Source of the DNA: Verrucomicrobiales bacterium
Lineage (GTDB): Bacteria > Verrucomicrobiota > Verrucomicrobiia > Verrucomicrobiales > V1-33
Assembly: GCA_031411295.1 (NCBI GenBank)
Contig: JANOAV010000174.1
Coordinates: forward strand, 1 to 64,000
Direction: 5' to 3'
DNA: 64,000 bases
In this document: positions 29,701 to 40,342 of the stretch, in pieces
Numbering within the stretch: position 1 is the stretch's first letter
Layout of the letters: each line of letters opens with the position of its first letter
Notes under the pieces: model-generated
The model's database searches: none
Told to the model about the DNA's origin: nothing
What the model saw: the letters and a program-made list of their open reading frames with translations, nothing else
Translations under genes and position numbers: made by a program

Positions 29701-32526
29701 GGCACCGTCGGCATTGGCATTGTTATAAGCCATGGGGCCATCGGAACTCCACGCTCCGCCGCCGGCTCCATAGACTCCACCATCAATGGCCATGACGCCG
29801 AAGGGGTCGAAGAGGGAGCGCTGCGGGTCGCCTGTTAGGATCAAGGCGGGACCAGTGGTGAGATTCGGGCTTTGATCAATCAGGAAGGTGTGGGTCTTGA
29901 TGCCGGAGGACACCAACCCAGCCTTGAAGGCGCGGGCCCGCAAACAATGTCCATTGCCCACCGACACCTGACTCAGTGAGAGCGGAGTGGTGTAAAGGAG
30001 GCTGGTGGGAGCAGGGTCTGCGCCATCGGTGGTATAGCGAATTTCCGCCCCTGCGGTCTCGCAGGTTAGGCTGACCGTCTGCGTTCCTGTGTAGAATCCA
30101 CCCGGCAGGCTGAAGTCCGGGGTGCGCACGTAATCCGTAGTTATGGCCGCACTGTTGGCCGTGCCAGGAGTGGCGGTTGCCAGGTAAGCGTAATTTCCGG
30201 GATTGGTGGGATCCAAGCCATAGGTATAGTTAGGAAACTGTTTCCCGTAGTCGGGGATCTCCGCATGAATCGAGCCCGTGGCATCGCTCAGGGCCAGATA
30301 ACCACCGCTGGCAGAGAGCTTGAAATTTGCGTGCGGATAGGTGGCCCCACTGATAGGCAGCGTGGGAGCATCTGCCAGGATCACGAGGCGCGCGCCGGGT
30401 GCTAGTTGGGTTCCCGCAGGGAGCACGAATTTCTGCGGAGTGCCGGGGCTATCCGTCAGGCTCCAGCCAGCTAGATCGACTAGGTCAGGACCATCATTGT
30501 GAAGCTCCAGCCAGTCCGAGAAATCTTCCGCCCCGAGCGATGTCGCAAAGAGGGCCGGATCCACTAACCCACCGGAAGGTTCCGCCAGCCCGGGCCAATA
30601 TTTCCACAACTGATTGGTGGCAATAAAGGTAGCTGGAGTAGCGAAGGGTTGGCCGTTGAAGACGACCTTCATGTCATCCAAGGTTAGAAATGAGCTGGCG
30701 GGTAAGGCGGGTGCGGTGCTCTTTTTCTCGAAGACCGGATAAAACGCCGCCACACCATTGGCCTGGAGCGCAGAAACAAACGCGGCCTGGGCTCCGACCG
30801 TCCCGGCCGCAAGGGTGGTCGAGTAATTTTGCCATTCACTGATCAGGCCCATGTTATCAAACCAGAGGAAGGATCCGCTGGGCAGAGCAGTTGTCCGACG
30901 AAATACCAGACGCAGCGAGCGGACGTTGGTGGCATTGATCTTGGCAAGAAAGGACGTGGCGTTCGTCCCTTCATCGAAGCGCTTCTGCGTTGTCTGCCAC
31001 GCGCCATTTCCAGTGTAGGTCCCCAGATCCAGGCGATCCGCGTAGGCTCCGGTGTTGGGTTCCAGATAGGCCGTGAAGGTTTCCCCTGCGTCGGCTTTCC
31101 AGGAAAATTTAACACTAACGTCACCCAGATGGGCGGCGGTTAGGGTGGCGGATGGCCATGCCTGCACGGTGAATCCACTGACGGAGATGCCGAAGACATC
31201 AGCCACGGTGGGTTGATTGATCATGCCCAGCTTTAATGCCCCAGTCGAGCCTGCATCGCCCGCAGCGGCGGTATTGTCTTCTGTGAGGCGAATGATTTCG
31301 GTCAACGATCCTGCTCCCCGCATCGCAGTGCCTGAGAAAATGGCGGTGGGGGTGACCACGGTTCCGCTGGTGAAATCCTGCACCGCCCCGGCATTGGAAA
31401 TGAAGCGTTTGCGCTGGCCCGCACTGTTCGTGTTGAACGTTAGGGCTGGTGTTTCCACCCCGGCTCCAATGACCGCCAAATCAGGAAATCCCGTCAACGC
31501 AGCCCCACCCGGCGTGGCATCGAAGCGCAGGCCAAACGCCGCTCCGGCGGATAATCGATAGCGAAAGCTCACGGTGAGCTTCGCCAAATCTGCCGTCGTC
31601 ATCGTCGCAGGGGCCACCAACGGCGCAAAGCCCAGTGGGCCGCCCACCAAGGCCAGAGGGGCGTCCGGGCCCACTTGCGACAGATTATACTGCAGGCCGC
31701 CGGTCGCCAAATAGCCACCAGTAGCGGTGGCCGTTGTTTTCACGGTTAGTTCCTGCCAGGCCGCGCTGGCGATGGGCGCAGGTGCGTTCACCCAACTCCC
31801 GGCTGGTGGAGTGCCAGAGCTGGTGGTGCTCAGAGCACCGCTGGTGTAAGTCCGCGTGATCGAAGCCTCGTTGCTGTCATTGAAATTGATGCTGGCGGTG
31901 GTTCCGATGACTGGATTGATGATGCTTACGAGCTGTGCATCGAATTTGCTGTTGCCAGAAATGATCTGGTTATGCACCTGAACCGCCAGCACATTTTGAC
32001 CCTCCTGCAGCCAGTTGACGAGCGGCCCGAGATTATATTCCACGGGGGCGGCCGGAGCATCAACCCGGGTGGCCACCATGGTGGCGTAAGTCATCTGCTT
32101 GGGCGGTCCCAGATTGGCCCGGGCGATCTCCTTCCCATTAATGAACGCCACGAATCCGTCGTCATAAGTGATGCGGAGAATCAAATCACCAAAACTCAAC
32201 TGGGCGGCACTAACGGAGAAATTTTTGCGCACATAAAATGACGGTGTCTTGTTCAGCAGCAGCGTGGAAAGGTTCGTGGTGTTCGACGCTCCGACGCCCA
32301 AGGGAGCGGGTCCCGCCGTCCAACCGGTCTCTGGAAATACCAAATCCTGCCAATACGGACCAACGCCCAAGCGAGGTTCCCCATTGCCATTCCATTCCAA
32401 GCGCATGCCGTTGGGAGCGGCATGAATTTCCGAAATCACCACCTCTGCGGCGGCAGGACAGAGCAGGGCCAGCAGCAGCAAGGGGAGGAGAAACGGATGG
32501 ATTGGGGAACGGGAGGACGCGAGCAT
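26776..32526 (-). CDS. large secreted CotH-kinase / lamin-tail-domain protein (1916 aa)
   Basis: Signal peptide; DWLELHN and VAELMYHP lamin-tail motifs; IRYTTDG Fn3-associated motif; LRLRAGKND, YVNGKFRGYY, DWPHNN, VWDAE CotH motifs. Confidence 0.85.
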   Translation of the reverse strand: MLASSRSPIHPFLLPLLLLALLCPAAAEVVISEIHAAPNGMRLEWNGNGEPRLGVGPYWQDLVFPETGWTAGPAPLGVGASNTTNLSTLLLNKTPSFYVRKNFSVSAAQLSFGDLILRITYDDGFVAFINGKEIARANLGPPKQMTYATMVATRVDAPAAPVEYNLGPLVNWLQEGQNVLAVQVHNQIISGNSKFDAQLVSIINPVIGTTASINFNDSNEASITRTYTSGALSTTSSGTPPAGSWVNAPAPIASAAWQELTVKTTATATGGYLATGGLQYNLSQVGPDAPLALVGGPLGFAPLVAPATMTTADLAKLTVSFRYRLSAGAAFGLRFDATPGGAALTGFPDLAVIGAGVETPALTFNTNSAGQRKRFISNAGAVQDFTSGTVVTPTAIFSGTAMRGAGSLTEIIRLTEDNTAAAGDAGSTGALKLGMINQPTVADVFGISVSGFTVQAWPSATLTAAHLGDVSVKFSWKADAGETFTAYLEPNTGAYADRLDLGTYTGNGAWQTTQKRFDEGTNATSFLAKINATNVRSLRLVFRRTTALPSGSFLWFDNMGLISEWQNYSTTLAAGTVGAQAAFVSALQANGVAAFYPVFEKKSTAPALPASSFLTLDDMKVVFNGQPFATPATFIATNQLWKYWPGLAEPSGGLVDPALFATSLGAEDFSDWLELHNDGPDLVDLAGWSLTDSPGTPQKFVLPAGTQLAPGARLVILADAPTLPISGATYPHANFKLSASGGYLALSDATGSIHAEIPDYGKQFPNYTYGLDPTNPGNYAYLATATPGTANSAAITTDYVRTPDFSLPGGFYTGTQTVSLTCETAGAEIRYTTDGADPAPTSLLYTTPLSLSQVSVGNGHCLRARAFKAGLVSSGIKTHTFLIDQSPNLTTGPALILTGDPQRSLFDPFGVMAIDGGVYGAGGGAWSSDGPMAYNNANADGAISTSTGQGWERPVEVEYCFPNGQDGFRQTAGLRVSGSPHARPRYTLNTITSAPWNYTNFAEKPSLNLFFRDEWDQNGLSYPIMGDTYERKKFESLRLRAGKNDPRDPFIRDEYCRRLFGLMGQKTSWGTIIPLYVNGKFRGYYNAVERLREEFMQKHYDSNEDWDVRYISDMVDGDSVAFDDMVARLNAYGADLTNPAKLQAVLDVIDPVNYADYALLNAWAGTGDWPHNNYTWGRERSATGKWRLYVWDAEGAFGGFSKGLGYNVFTQDLLSSPTTAGREICHVYFRLKNSQEFRLLMADRINKHFCNDGAMADASLTANKDTLVNMLQPIFTYTGGATLNQSFFTSWVNPTLDKRDVLFRGAVLSSGAAAVTVGSYATGGASSTIVNLGTHNRTVGQQIVITGSTVTAYNGTFTISAVTGTTATIPVTFTTDPGAGNRGTWLPSVLGYASGGAGSTTVTVGTHTLVPGLSLTIAGSTVTGYNGTFVVTAVTATTVTIPVAFTSDPGVGNRGTFLQSTADYGYQLSRENIWPARNNQLAVAQGTWLAPQPPLFGQHGGNVPLGYQLAILHTEVDDDRTKSNPYKSATSQTPANRIIYYTKDGSDPRLPGGAVNATALTYSTPFTLNNAFTTIKSRIKDTGNNEWSPLTEALFTVDADPPSNGNIVVAELMYHPAPPTAAEISAGFLDKEDFEFIRLQNISDGPVDLRTLQFIAGVDFNFAVTAVPAFDPGTSVFLVKNLAAFRQRYGTGYNAKIAGEYAKNFDNNGETVALRRNGLPALTVKQFIYNDKAPWPTTADGTGASLILINPASNPDHNVASNWTASALPGGLFLEQEQPDYNRWRDFSFTPTEAANPLISGPSADADNDGYSNLTEFALAMPPKASQADGPTALLQNINGLNYLCIEFRKANNTQKITVQPQVGADLNDWSAPGNDVVPVSTTPHPDGSTSYVYRDTHPLETSSRRFIRLWITLQN
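28156..28587 (-). repeat. tandem 216-bp (72-aa) coding repeat
   Basis: Two copies of Y-A-x-GGA...GTH...GSTVTxYNGTF...AVT...IPVxFTxDPGxGNRGT. Confidence 0.85.
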
Positions 32527-32609
32527 GGGAAGACAGGGGCGGACTTGTTTTTACTAAAATGTGCCCAGTCTGCCCAGAAATATTTCGCAGGTATTTTGTA
32601 ACAAAGAAC

Positions 32610-32638
32610 GTGGTTGCGGCTGTCTCAGCCGCAACCAC
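32610..32638. repeat. perfect palindrome (REP-like) between divergent genes
   Basis: gtggttgcggctg-tct-cagccgcaaccac, 13-bp stem. Confidence 0.65.
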
Positions 32639-32812
32639 CTTCCTGACCACTACAGTGCGTGAGGAGGAGTCGTTTGGGGAGATTCGCAAAATCACAAGAA
32701 AAAGGCGCAAGGTTTCGTGGCTGATGCGGAGAAAACTTGCCAAGTTGGCATAAGCTGTCCAAGATTATGGAATATTGCCCCAGCCGTCCATTACTTTACC
32801 TATCTAACAACC

Positions 32813-33940
32813 ATGCCAGCCAAAAAGAAGATCAACCTCGCCATCGTCGGCCTCGGATTCGGGGCGGAATTCATTCCCATTTACCAGCATCACCCCAATG
32901 CGAACTTGGTGGCGATCTGTCAGCGCGATCCCAAGAAGCTCAACGCGATTGGCGATGCTTTCGGCATCGAAAGTCGCTATACCGATTTTGCGGAAATGCT
33001 GAAGGATCCGAACATCGAGGCCGTGCATATCAACTCCCCGATTCCCGATCACGGATGGATGAGCATTGCCGCCCTGAAGGCCGGCAAGCATGTGAGTTGC
33101 ACCGTGCCCATGGCCACGAGTATTGCCGAGTGTAAGGAAATCGTGGATTTGGTGAAGAAGACCGGACTGAAATACACCATGGCCGAAACGGTAGTTTATG
33201 CCCGCGAGTATCTTTACATGAAGGAACTGCTGGATACCGGCAAGTTGGGGAAACTGCAATTCGTGCAAGCCAGCCACCAACAAGACATGGACGGATGGCC
33301 GAACTACTGGCCCGGTCTGCCTCCCATGTGGTATGCCACCCACTGCGTGGGCCCCGTTTCCGGCATGGTCGGCAAGCCCGCCGAATACGTTAGCTGTTTC
33401 GGCTCCGGCACCGTGCGTCCGGAGTTGCAAGCCAAGTATAACAGCCCGTTTGCCGTGGAGACCGCCCACATCAAATTCAAGGACTCTGATGTCTGCGCCC
33501 GCATCATCCGCAGCCTATTCGACACCGCCCGTCAATACCGCGAGAGCATCGACGTCTATGGCGACAAAGCCAGCGTCGAGTGGCCGTTGATCGAGCATGA
33601 ACCGCTGATCATGCACACCGCCAAATTACCTGAAAGCAAAATCCCCAAACGCATCAAGACCCCGGACTTCGCCAAGCGCCTGCCCAAGCAAATTCAGCCG
33701 TTCACGACCAATGGCGTCTATGGCGTGGGCAAGAAAACCCACCTTTCCTTCACCCAGGGAGCCGGCCACGGCGGCAGCCACCCCCACCTCGCCAACGAGT
33801 TCGTGATGAGCTTGGTGGAAAATCGCGATCCGTTCCCGAACGCGAAACAATCCGCCAACTGGACCTGCGTCGGCCTCTGCGCCCACGAAAGCGCCCTCAA
33901 AGGCGGGGCCATCGTGAAGCTGCCCGCATGGTCCCTGTAG
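32813..33940 (+). CDS. Gfo/Idh/MocA family oxidoreductase
   Basis: Start MPAKKK; AIVGLGFG, AGKHVSCTVPMA, YATH, GHGGSHPHL. Confidence 0.9.
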   Translation: MPAKKKINLAIVGLGFGAEFIPIYQHHPNANLVAICQRDPKKLNAIGDAFGIESRYTDFAEMLKDPNIEAVHINSPIPDHGWMSIAALKAGKHVSCTVPMATSIAECKEIVDLVKKTGLKYTMAETVVYAREYLYMKELLDTGKLGKLQFVQASHQQDMDGWPNYWPGLPPMWYATHCVGPVSGMVGKPAEYVSCFGSGTVRPELQAKYNSPFAVETAHIKFKDSDVCARIIRSLFDTARQYRESIDVYGDKASVEWPLIEHEPLIMHTAKLPESKIPKRIKTPDFAKRLPKQIQPFTTNGVYGVGKKTHLSFTQGAGHGGSHPHLANEFVMSLVENRDPFPNAKQSANWTCVGLCAHESALKGGAIVKLPAWSL

Positions 33941-33950
33941 CAAAGGAGCC

Positions 33951-35159
33951 CTAGAACCACCGCTTGGCGGGAATGATGGGGTGCGGTTGGCAGATCCGTT
34001 CCACGCAGCTTTCCCAGCTTTCGTGACCGGTTAGGATCTCGATTTCGACGCGCAGGAAAAAGATCGGGAGCAGCCCAGCGGTCTTGGGGAGACGCACGGA
34101 ATCCTTTTCGGTGGTGACGATGAAGTCCACCGCGCGGTCGTCCGCGCGCAGCATGAAGTCGTTTAATTCCTCCTCGTTGAAGCGGTGGTGGTCGGTGAAA
34201 TGGCGACTGAAGCGGATGTTAGCGCCCAAATCCCGCAGACCGCCCTCGAAACTTTCTGGCTTGGCAATGCCGCTGAAGGTGGCGATGTCTTTGTCCTGCA
34301 AGTAATCCAAGGGCAGGCGCTCTCGGGTGGCAATATTCGTCAAGTGGAGGGGTTTGTGCGTGCACTCGATGATCTCCGCAGTCCGGTTATATCTCCGAAT
34401 TTGCTGGATGAGATCTGCGTTGGAACTGCCATCGCACTTGGTGATGAAAATGTAGCTGGCGCGGCGGAGGTTGCGGGGTGGTTCGCGCAGGAAACCACGG
34501 GGCAGCATGGCTCCATTGCCGAAGGGCGATTGACGATCCACGAGCACGATGTCCAAACGATGGCGGAGTTTCAGATACTGCAATCCGTCGTCCAACAGCA
34601 GGGTATCCACTCCGAAGTTCTGGAGTGCATACCGTCCGCCATGCACGCGATCTTTATCCACCACGATGGCTACGCCCTTTAAATTTTGCGCCAGCATGAA
34701 CGGTTCATCCCCCGCCTTGCGCGAGTCCAAGAGCGGGGTGGGGGACTCGCCATCGCTAACAATGCGCGGGGCTGGGCGCTGGATCTTGCGCCCCAGAAAG
34801 CGTTCTTGGAAGCGAGCTTGCAGGCGCTTCAGCAATGGCGGGGTGGGGGGCCGTTCGCTCTTATAGCCGCGTGTCAGGATGGCGACTTTGCGGCCACCCT
34901 TGGTCAACGCCCGGGCGAACATTTCCACGACGGGGGTCTTGCCGGTGCCGCCCACGGTGATATTTCCGATACTAACCACCATGCAGCCGAGGTGATGCTC
35001 GCGCAGGATACGATTGCGAAACAACCAGAGCCGCAGGGTCACGATGCCCCGATAAAGCCAGGAGAGCGATCTCAAGAAAGCCCGCAGAGCCGAAGCTTGG
35101 ATGCCTTTGCGTTTCCCAGTGATCACCTCCAGGGCATATAATTCGACTCCTTCTTTCAT
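33951..35159 (-). CDS. lpxK: tetraacyldisaccharide 4'-kinase
   Basis: [42 protein letters not shown]. Confidence 0.95.
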   Translation of the reverse strand: MKEGVELYALEVITGKRKGIQASALRAFLRSLSWLYRGIVTLRLWLFRNRILREHHLGCMVVSIGNITVGGTGKTPVVEMFARALTKGGRKVAILTRGYKSERPPTPPLLKRLQARFQERFLGRKIQRPAPRIVSDGESPTPLLDSRKAGDEPFMLAQNLKGVAIVVDKDRVHGGRYALQNFGVDTLLLDDGLQYLKLRHRLDIVLVDRQSPFGNGAMLPRGFLREPPRNLRRASYIFITKCDGSSNADLIQQIRRYNRTAEIIECTHKPLHLTNIATRERLPLDYLQDKDIATFSGIAKPESFEGGLRDLGANIRFSRHFTDHHRFNEEELNDFMLRADDRAVDFIVTTEKDSVRLPKTAGLLPIFFLRVEIEILTGHESWESCVERICQPHPIIPAKRWF

Positions 35160-35321
35160 GCGGAAGTCAGGCGATGGGGGATGAGGGAAAGTTGGTTTGG
35201 CATGGAGGAAACGATGGTATCGCAACGGCTACACTAGTGTCACTATGGGGTGATGGCAAAGCGTCACTCGGGAAATTTTCTTGCTTGGCAAGTGGTGCGG
35301 TCCGTTTCAAGGGTTCAGACC

Positions 35322-35360
35322 AAAAAATGCGGCGGTGGATCGTGTGATCCGCCGCCGCAT
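35322..35360 (-). terminator. intrinsic terminator after atpC
   Basis: atgcggcggtggatc-gtgt-gatccgccgccgcat hairpin with A-tract. Confidence 0.8.
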
Positions 35361-35383
35361 GGAGTTTGATGGTTTGCTGCGCC

Positions 35384-35797
35384 TTAGAGCGTGCGGCGTT
35401 TGCGCTTCAGCTTCAACTGAGCCAGGGAGTTGAGAATGCTGGACTCGACGGCGGCAATTTCTTCCGCGCCCAAGTTGGCACTGTCCTTGAGGCGGGCTTG
35501 GGCCGCGTCTAGGGCGGCTTGCACGGTGGCTTCGTCGATATGCGCGTCTGCCATGGCGAGGTCCGTGAGGACTTTGACGCCATGAGCGCCCACTTCCACG
35601 AATCCAGCTCCGACCGCCAGTTCGGTTACGTTGGTGCCTACGGTGTAGCGCAGTTCACCAGGAACCAAGGCCGTTACCAACGGGGCGTGATTTGGCAGCA
35701 CGCCCATTTCTCCGAGCTGTCCGGGAAGAACGACGGTAGTCACGTCGCCAGAAAAGATTTTGGCGTCGGGGGTAACGATTTCGAGTAGTAAGGCCAT
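35384..35797 (-). CDS. atpC: ATP synthase F1 epsilon subunit
   Basis: LEIVTP, GEMGVLPNHAPL, GFVEV. Confidence 0.95.
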   Translation of the reverse strand: MALLLEIVTPDAKIFSGDVTTVVLPGQLGEMGVLPNHAPLVTALVPGELRYTVGTNVTELAVGAGFVEVGAHGVKVLTDLAMADAHIDEATVQAALDAAQARLKDSANLGAEEIAAVESSILNSLAQLKLKRKRRTL

Positions 35798-35799
35798 GG

Positions 35800-35896
35800 A
35801 ATTGAAGATTTAAGATTTAGGATTCATGAATGGTGGCTCGACGAACACGACCAACCGGCTGCATTCATCAATCCAAAATCATCAATCATAAATTAA
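35800..35896. repeat. inverted arrays of degenerate heptamers
   Basis: gatttaa-gatttag-gattcat facing aatccaa-aatcatc-aatcata. Confidence 0.6.
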
Positions 35897-35897
35897 G

Positions 35898-37385
<1,488 letters not shown>

Positions 37386-37444
37386 TTAAAAAGCAGATGA
37401 AGCCCCGTCACATAATGACTGGACTGTAAGAAAGGGAGAGCGTG

Positions 37445-37472
37445 GGTATAGCACACGGGTATTCCGGGGCAA
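37445..37472 (-). promoter_or_regulatory. candidate promoter for atpDC
   Basis: Minus strand TTGCCC-16 nt-TATACC with extended -10 TG. Confidence 0.45.
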
Positions 37473-37479
37473 GAGGAAC

Positions 37480-37497
37480 TTGTGAAATTTTTCACAA
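37480..37497. promoter_or_regulatory. Rex-type (or CRP/FNR-family) operator
   Basis: TTGTGAA-ATTT-TTCACAA perfect palindromic arms upstream of atpD. Confidence 0.6.
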
Positions 37498-37668
37498 GCG
37501 GTCATTCCCTTCGGAGAAATGGCTCGTTTTGGAAATGAAAATCGCGGGTTAGCACCTCATCGCGCGGCAAAATAATGCCGCGTGGTGCCAAACCCGCGTT
37601 CTCACTTACCGCATCTGGCCACGACTCTGAATGGAGTGGGCGGACGGGTTGCCTGCGGTCACTCGCAG

Positions 37669-37941
37669 TTACTTTTGTTTCTTCTTGCCCTTTTTGCCCT
37701 TCTTACCCTTTTTGCCGGCTTCGGTGCCCTTCTTGCCTTTTTTACCAGCCTTGTCCTTCTTGTGGCCGCGCTTTACGAATTCCTCTTTGGAAATTTGGCC
37801 GTCGCTGTTTTTATCCAGCGCGGCAAAGCGCTTCTCTAGTTTGGCGGTGTGCTCTGCCTTGGCGGCGGGGTCTTTTTTACCAGCTTGGCTGGACGTGAGA
37901 GTTGCGAATACGCAGCAGAGAGTGAGGAGGACTAGTTTCAT
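37669..37941 (-). CDS. small secreted EF-hand protein with Lys-rich tail
   Basis: Signal peptide; DKNSDGQISKEEF; (GKK)n tail. Confidence 0.8.
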   Translation of the reverse strand: MKLVLLTLCCVFATLTSSQAGKKDPAAKAEHTAKLEKRFAALDKNSDGQISKEEFVKRGHKKDKAGKKGKKGTEAGKKGKKGKKGKKKQK

Positions 37942-38061
37942 GGAATGGAATGGTGGTTAATGGTTCATGATGGAACCCCGAAGTCTGGGGTTCGCTACTG
38001 AACCGCGCCACCGAGGGGTTTTGGGACAACTTTCCGCTGCTAATCGCGAAAAAAGCCAAGC

Positions 38062-38092
38062 AAAGTGCCCCGCCGAATCATCGACGGGGCAT
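38062..38092 (-). terminator. probable terminator after zinc peptidase gene
   Basis: tgccccgccga-atca-tcgacggggca hairpin with A-rich flank. Confidence 0.55.
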
Positions 38093-38115
38093 TCCGCAGC
38101 GTAATTCCTGGATGG

Positions 38116-38805
38116 TTAGGATTCCTCACTCCGACCCGTAAGCAGCGGGATGACGTAGTAGAGGAAGGTTCCCAGGGAGGAAACGAAGGCTGCCACGTAG
38201 GTCAGGGCCGCGCTGTTCAGGACTGTGCTTACACCTGCGGCTTCATCGTCCCCGCGCAGGATGCCGAGTTGGCGCAGCACCAATTTGGCGCGACGAGAGG
38301 CGTCGAACTCCACGGGGAGGGTGACTAGGTTGAAGAGCATGATGATGCCGAAGGCGATCGAAGCCAGCATGAGCGATACCATGGGAGCCAGGAACATGCC
38401 AGCGATCATGAGGATGAACACCCCACTGCTGGCCACGTTGGTGATTCCCACCGCAGCCATCCGCCAGTGCAGCGGTTGGTAAGCCGCCGCATGTTGCAGG
38501 GCATGGCCGCACTCGTGGGCCGCCACTCCCTGGGCCGCAAGAGAACTGCTGCCATAGACTGGTTCAGACAAGGCTAGACGTTTGTTAGTGGGATCATAAT
38601 GGTCGGTCAGTTCCCCTTCAATGGGGACGACCTCGACATCATAGATCCCGTGCTCCCGCAGAATCATCTGCGCCACCTGAGCCCCGGTGAGACCAGAACG
38701 GCCCGGAATCGCAGAGAATTTACGAAAGGAAGATTTGACGCGCCATGAAGCCAAGAAGCCCAAAAGCATCGTCCCGACAATTAGCATGATGTAATACATA
38801 TTCAT
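38116..38805 (-). CDS. membrane zinc metallopeptidase (YugP/Zn_peptidase_2-like)
   Basis: LTDHYDP, AAHECGHALQH, TLPVEFDAS, AALTYVA. Confidence 0.9.
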   Translation of the reverse strand: MNMYYIMLIVGTMLLGFLASWRVKSSFRKFSAIPGRSGLTGAQVAQMILREHGIYDVEVVPIEGELTDHYDPTNKRLALSEPVYGSSSLAAQGVAAHECGHALQHAAAYQPLHWRMAAVGITNVASSGVFILMIAGMFLAPMVSLMLASIAFGIIMLFNLVTLPVEFDASRRAKLVLRQLGILRGDDEAAGVSTVLNSAALTYVAAFVSSLGTFLYYVIPLLTGRSEES

Positions 38806-38816
38806 AACGGCAGCAA

Positions 38817-38844
38817 AATGGCCCATCATTGCTGATGGGCCATT
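38817..38844 (-). terminator. hairpin after the peroxiredoxin gene
   Basis: aatggcccatca-ttgc-tgatgggccatt perfect 12-bp stem. Confidence 0.55.
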
Positions 38845-38901
38845 GCAAAATCAGGCGGCGTTTCTATGCGTCCGGCAAGCTTGGGCGACGCTTTGAGCGG
38901 C

Positions 38902-39423
38902 TTATTTCGCGGCCTTGAGGGCGGCTTCGATAGCTGCTTTGACGGTGTCCACGTGCTGTTCTGGTTTCACTTCCAGATCCCGCCAGACGATCTTGCCGTC
39001 CAGCACCAGAAAGGACTGGCGCTTGGGGAAACCGGGCTTCATTTCGGGCACTCCAAACGCCTTCACGATCTTGCCTTCAGTATCGGCCAACAGGGTGAAC
39101 GGAAGCTTTTGTTGATCGACGAAGCTTTTCTGATCCTCGACTTTATCCATGCTCACGCCGATGATTTGCAGGCCGGTCTTCTTGAGGTCAGCGAAATTAT
39201 CCCGCAGGCCGCAAACTTCCTTAGTGCAGCCACCCGTGTGCGCCTTGGGATAAAAGAACACGAGCACTAGTCCGCGCTTATAAATAGTATCCAACGAGAC
39301 TTCCTTGCCTTCCTGATCCGTCCCGGTCAGACGCGGGGCTTGCGTCCCCACGGCCAGAGGATCTGCAATAACATTCAAGGACAGGGTGATGAGAGCGACA
39401 ACGGACAGGAGGAGGGATTTCAT
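38902..39423 (-). CDS. exported peroxiredoxin (BCP/PrxQ family)
   Basis: FFYPKAHTGGCTKEVC, GVSMD, LPFTLLAD; signal peptide. Confidence 0.9.
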   Translation of the reverse strand: MKSLLLSVVALITLSLNVIADPLAVGTQAPRLTGTDQEGKEVSLDTIYKRGLVLVFFYPKAHTGGCTKEVCGLRDNFADLKKTGLQIIGVSMDKVEDQKSFVDQQKLPFTLLADTEGKIVKAFGVPEMKPGFPKRQSFLVLDGKIVWRDLEVKPEQHVDTVKAAIEAALKAAK

Positions 39424-39677
39424 AATAGGGTAGTTTTGACGCTTTTGCGCGACTTCCGCAAGATCACGCGTCTCCGTAAGTGCGTTGCGGAATGTGGAAC
39501 AGAAGAAAAGAAGTTGGGGAAGAAGGAAGTGGGGGAGTGGTTTGCTTCATTTTCTCCCTGACTTCTGTTCAGAAAAACGAAAGCGCGGAAACTTGGCTTT
39601 CCAACTTGGGCCACGTTGAGAAAAAAACTTACCTGCGGGTGAATAAAGTCGTGGCGCAGCCGTCAAAATTCTTGAAA

Positions 39678-40322
39678 ATGGAAACCGTAATGACGGCTAT
39701 CACCACCCTAGACCTGCCCGCTGAAGGAACCGCAGAATCCGCTGACCCAGCGGATATGGCCTTGGTGTTGCGCTGTCAGAACGGGGACCAGCATGCCTTT
39801 GAAACGATTGTTACCCGCTACCGGGGAAAGATTTACGCCATGATTGTGAATATGACAGGAAACGATGCTGACGCCTGGGACCTCGCGCAAGAGGTCTTCC
39901 TGAAGGCGTGGCGCGCGCTGCCGAAGTTCGAGGCGCGCTCCAGTTTCTATACTTGGATTTACCGCATCACCCACAACGTCACCTATGATTGGCTGCGCAA
40001 GAAGAAGATCACGGGCTCAGAGTTCGACGATACGCTGGGCACCCCGGATATTGCTGCGGGGGCCCACACGGTGCCTTATGGGGATACTTCACCCGATACC
40101 CTGATGGAGAATCGGGAGTTGGGCAGCGAGATCAAAGCCGCCCTGCAGGAACTGTCCCCTGAGCACCGCGCCATTATTTTACTCAAAGAAATCGACGGCC
40201 TGAGCTATCAAGAAATTTCTGAAAGCCTCGGAATCACCATGGGCACCGTGATGAGCCGTTTGTTCTACGCCCGCAAGAAATTGCAAACCCTGCTCCAGCA
40301 CCTAGCTCCTGGGCACCCCTAA
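39678..40322 (+). CDS. ECF RNA polymerase sigma factor
   Basis: DLAQEVFLKAW, SSFYTWIYRI, LSYQEI, GTVMSRLFYARKKL. Confidence 0.93.
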   Translation: METVMTAITTLDLPAEGTAESADPADMALVLRCQNGDQHAFETIVTRYRGKIYAMIVNMTGNDADAWDLAQEVFLKAWRALPKFEARSSFYTWIYRITHNVTYDWLRKKKITGSEFDDTLGTPDIAAGAHTVPYGDTSPDTLMENRELGSEIKAALQELSPEHRAIILLKEIDGLSYQEISESLGITMGTVMSRLFYARKKLQTLLQHLAPGHP

Positions 40323-40342
40323 TTTTCACCCCACCAGATCCT

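Noticed and set aside
37675..37770. Short tandem repeat-like DNA
   Set aside because: Explained by the Gly-Lys-Lys coding tail of the EF-hand protein
39585..39667. ECF autoregulatory promoter (AAC...CGT)
   Set aside because: Candidate spacings did not fit convincingly
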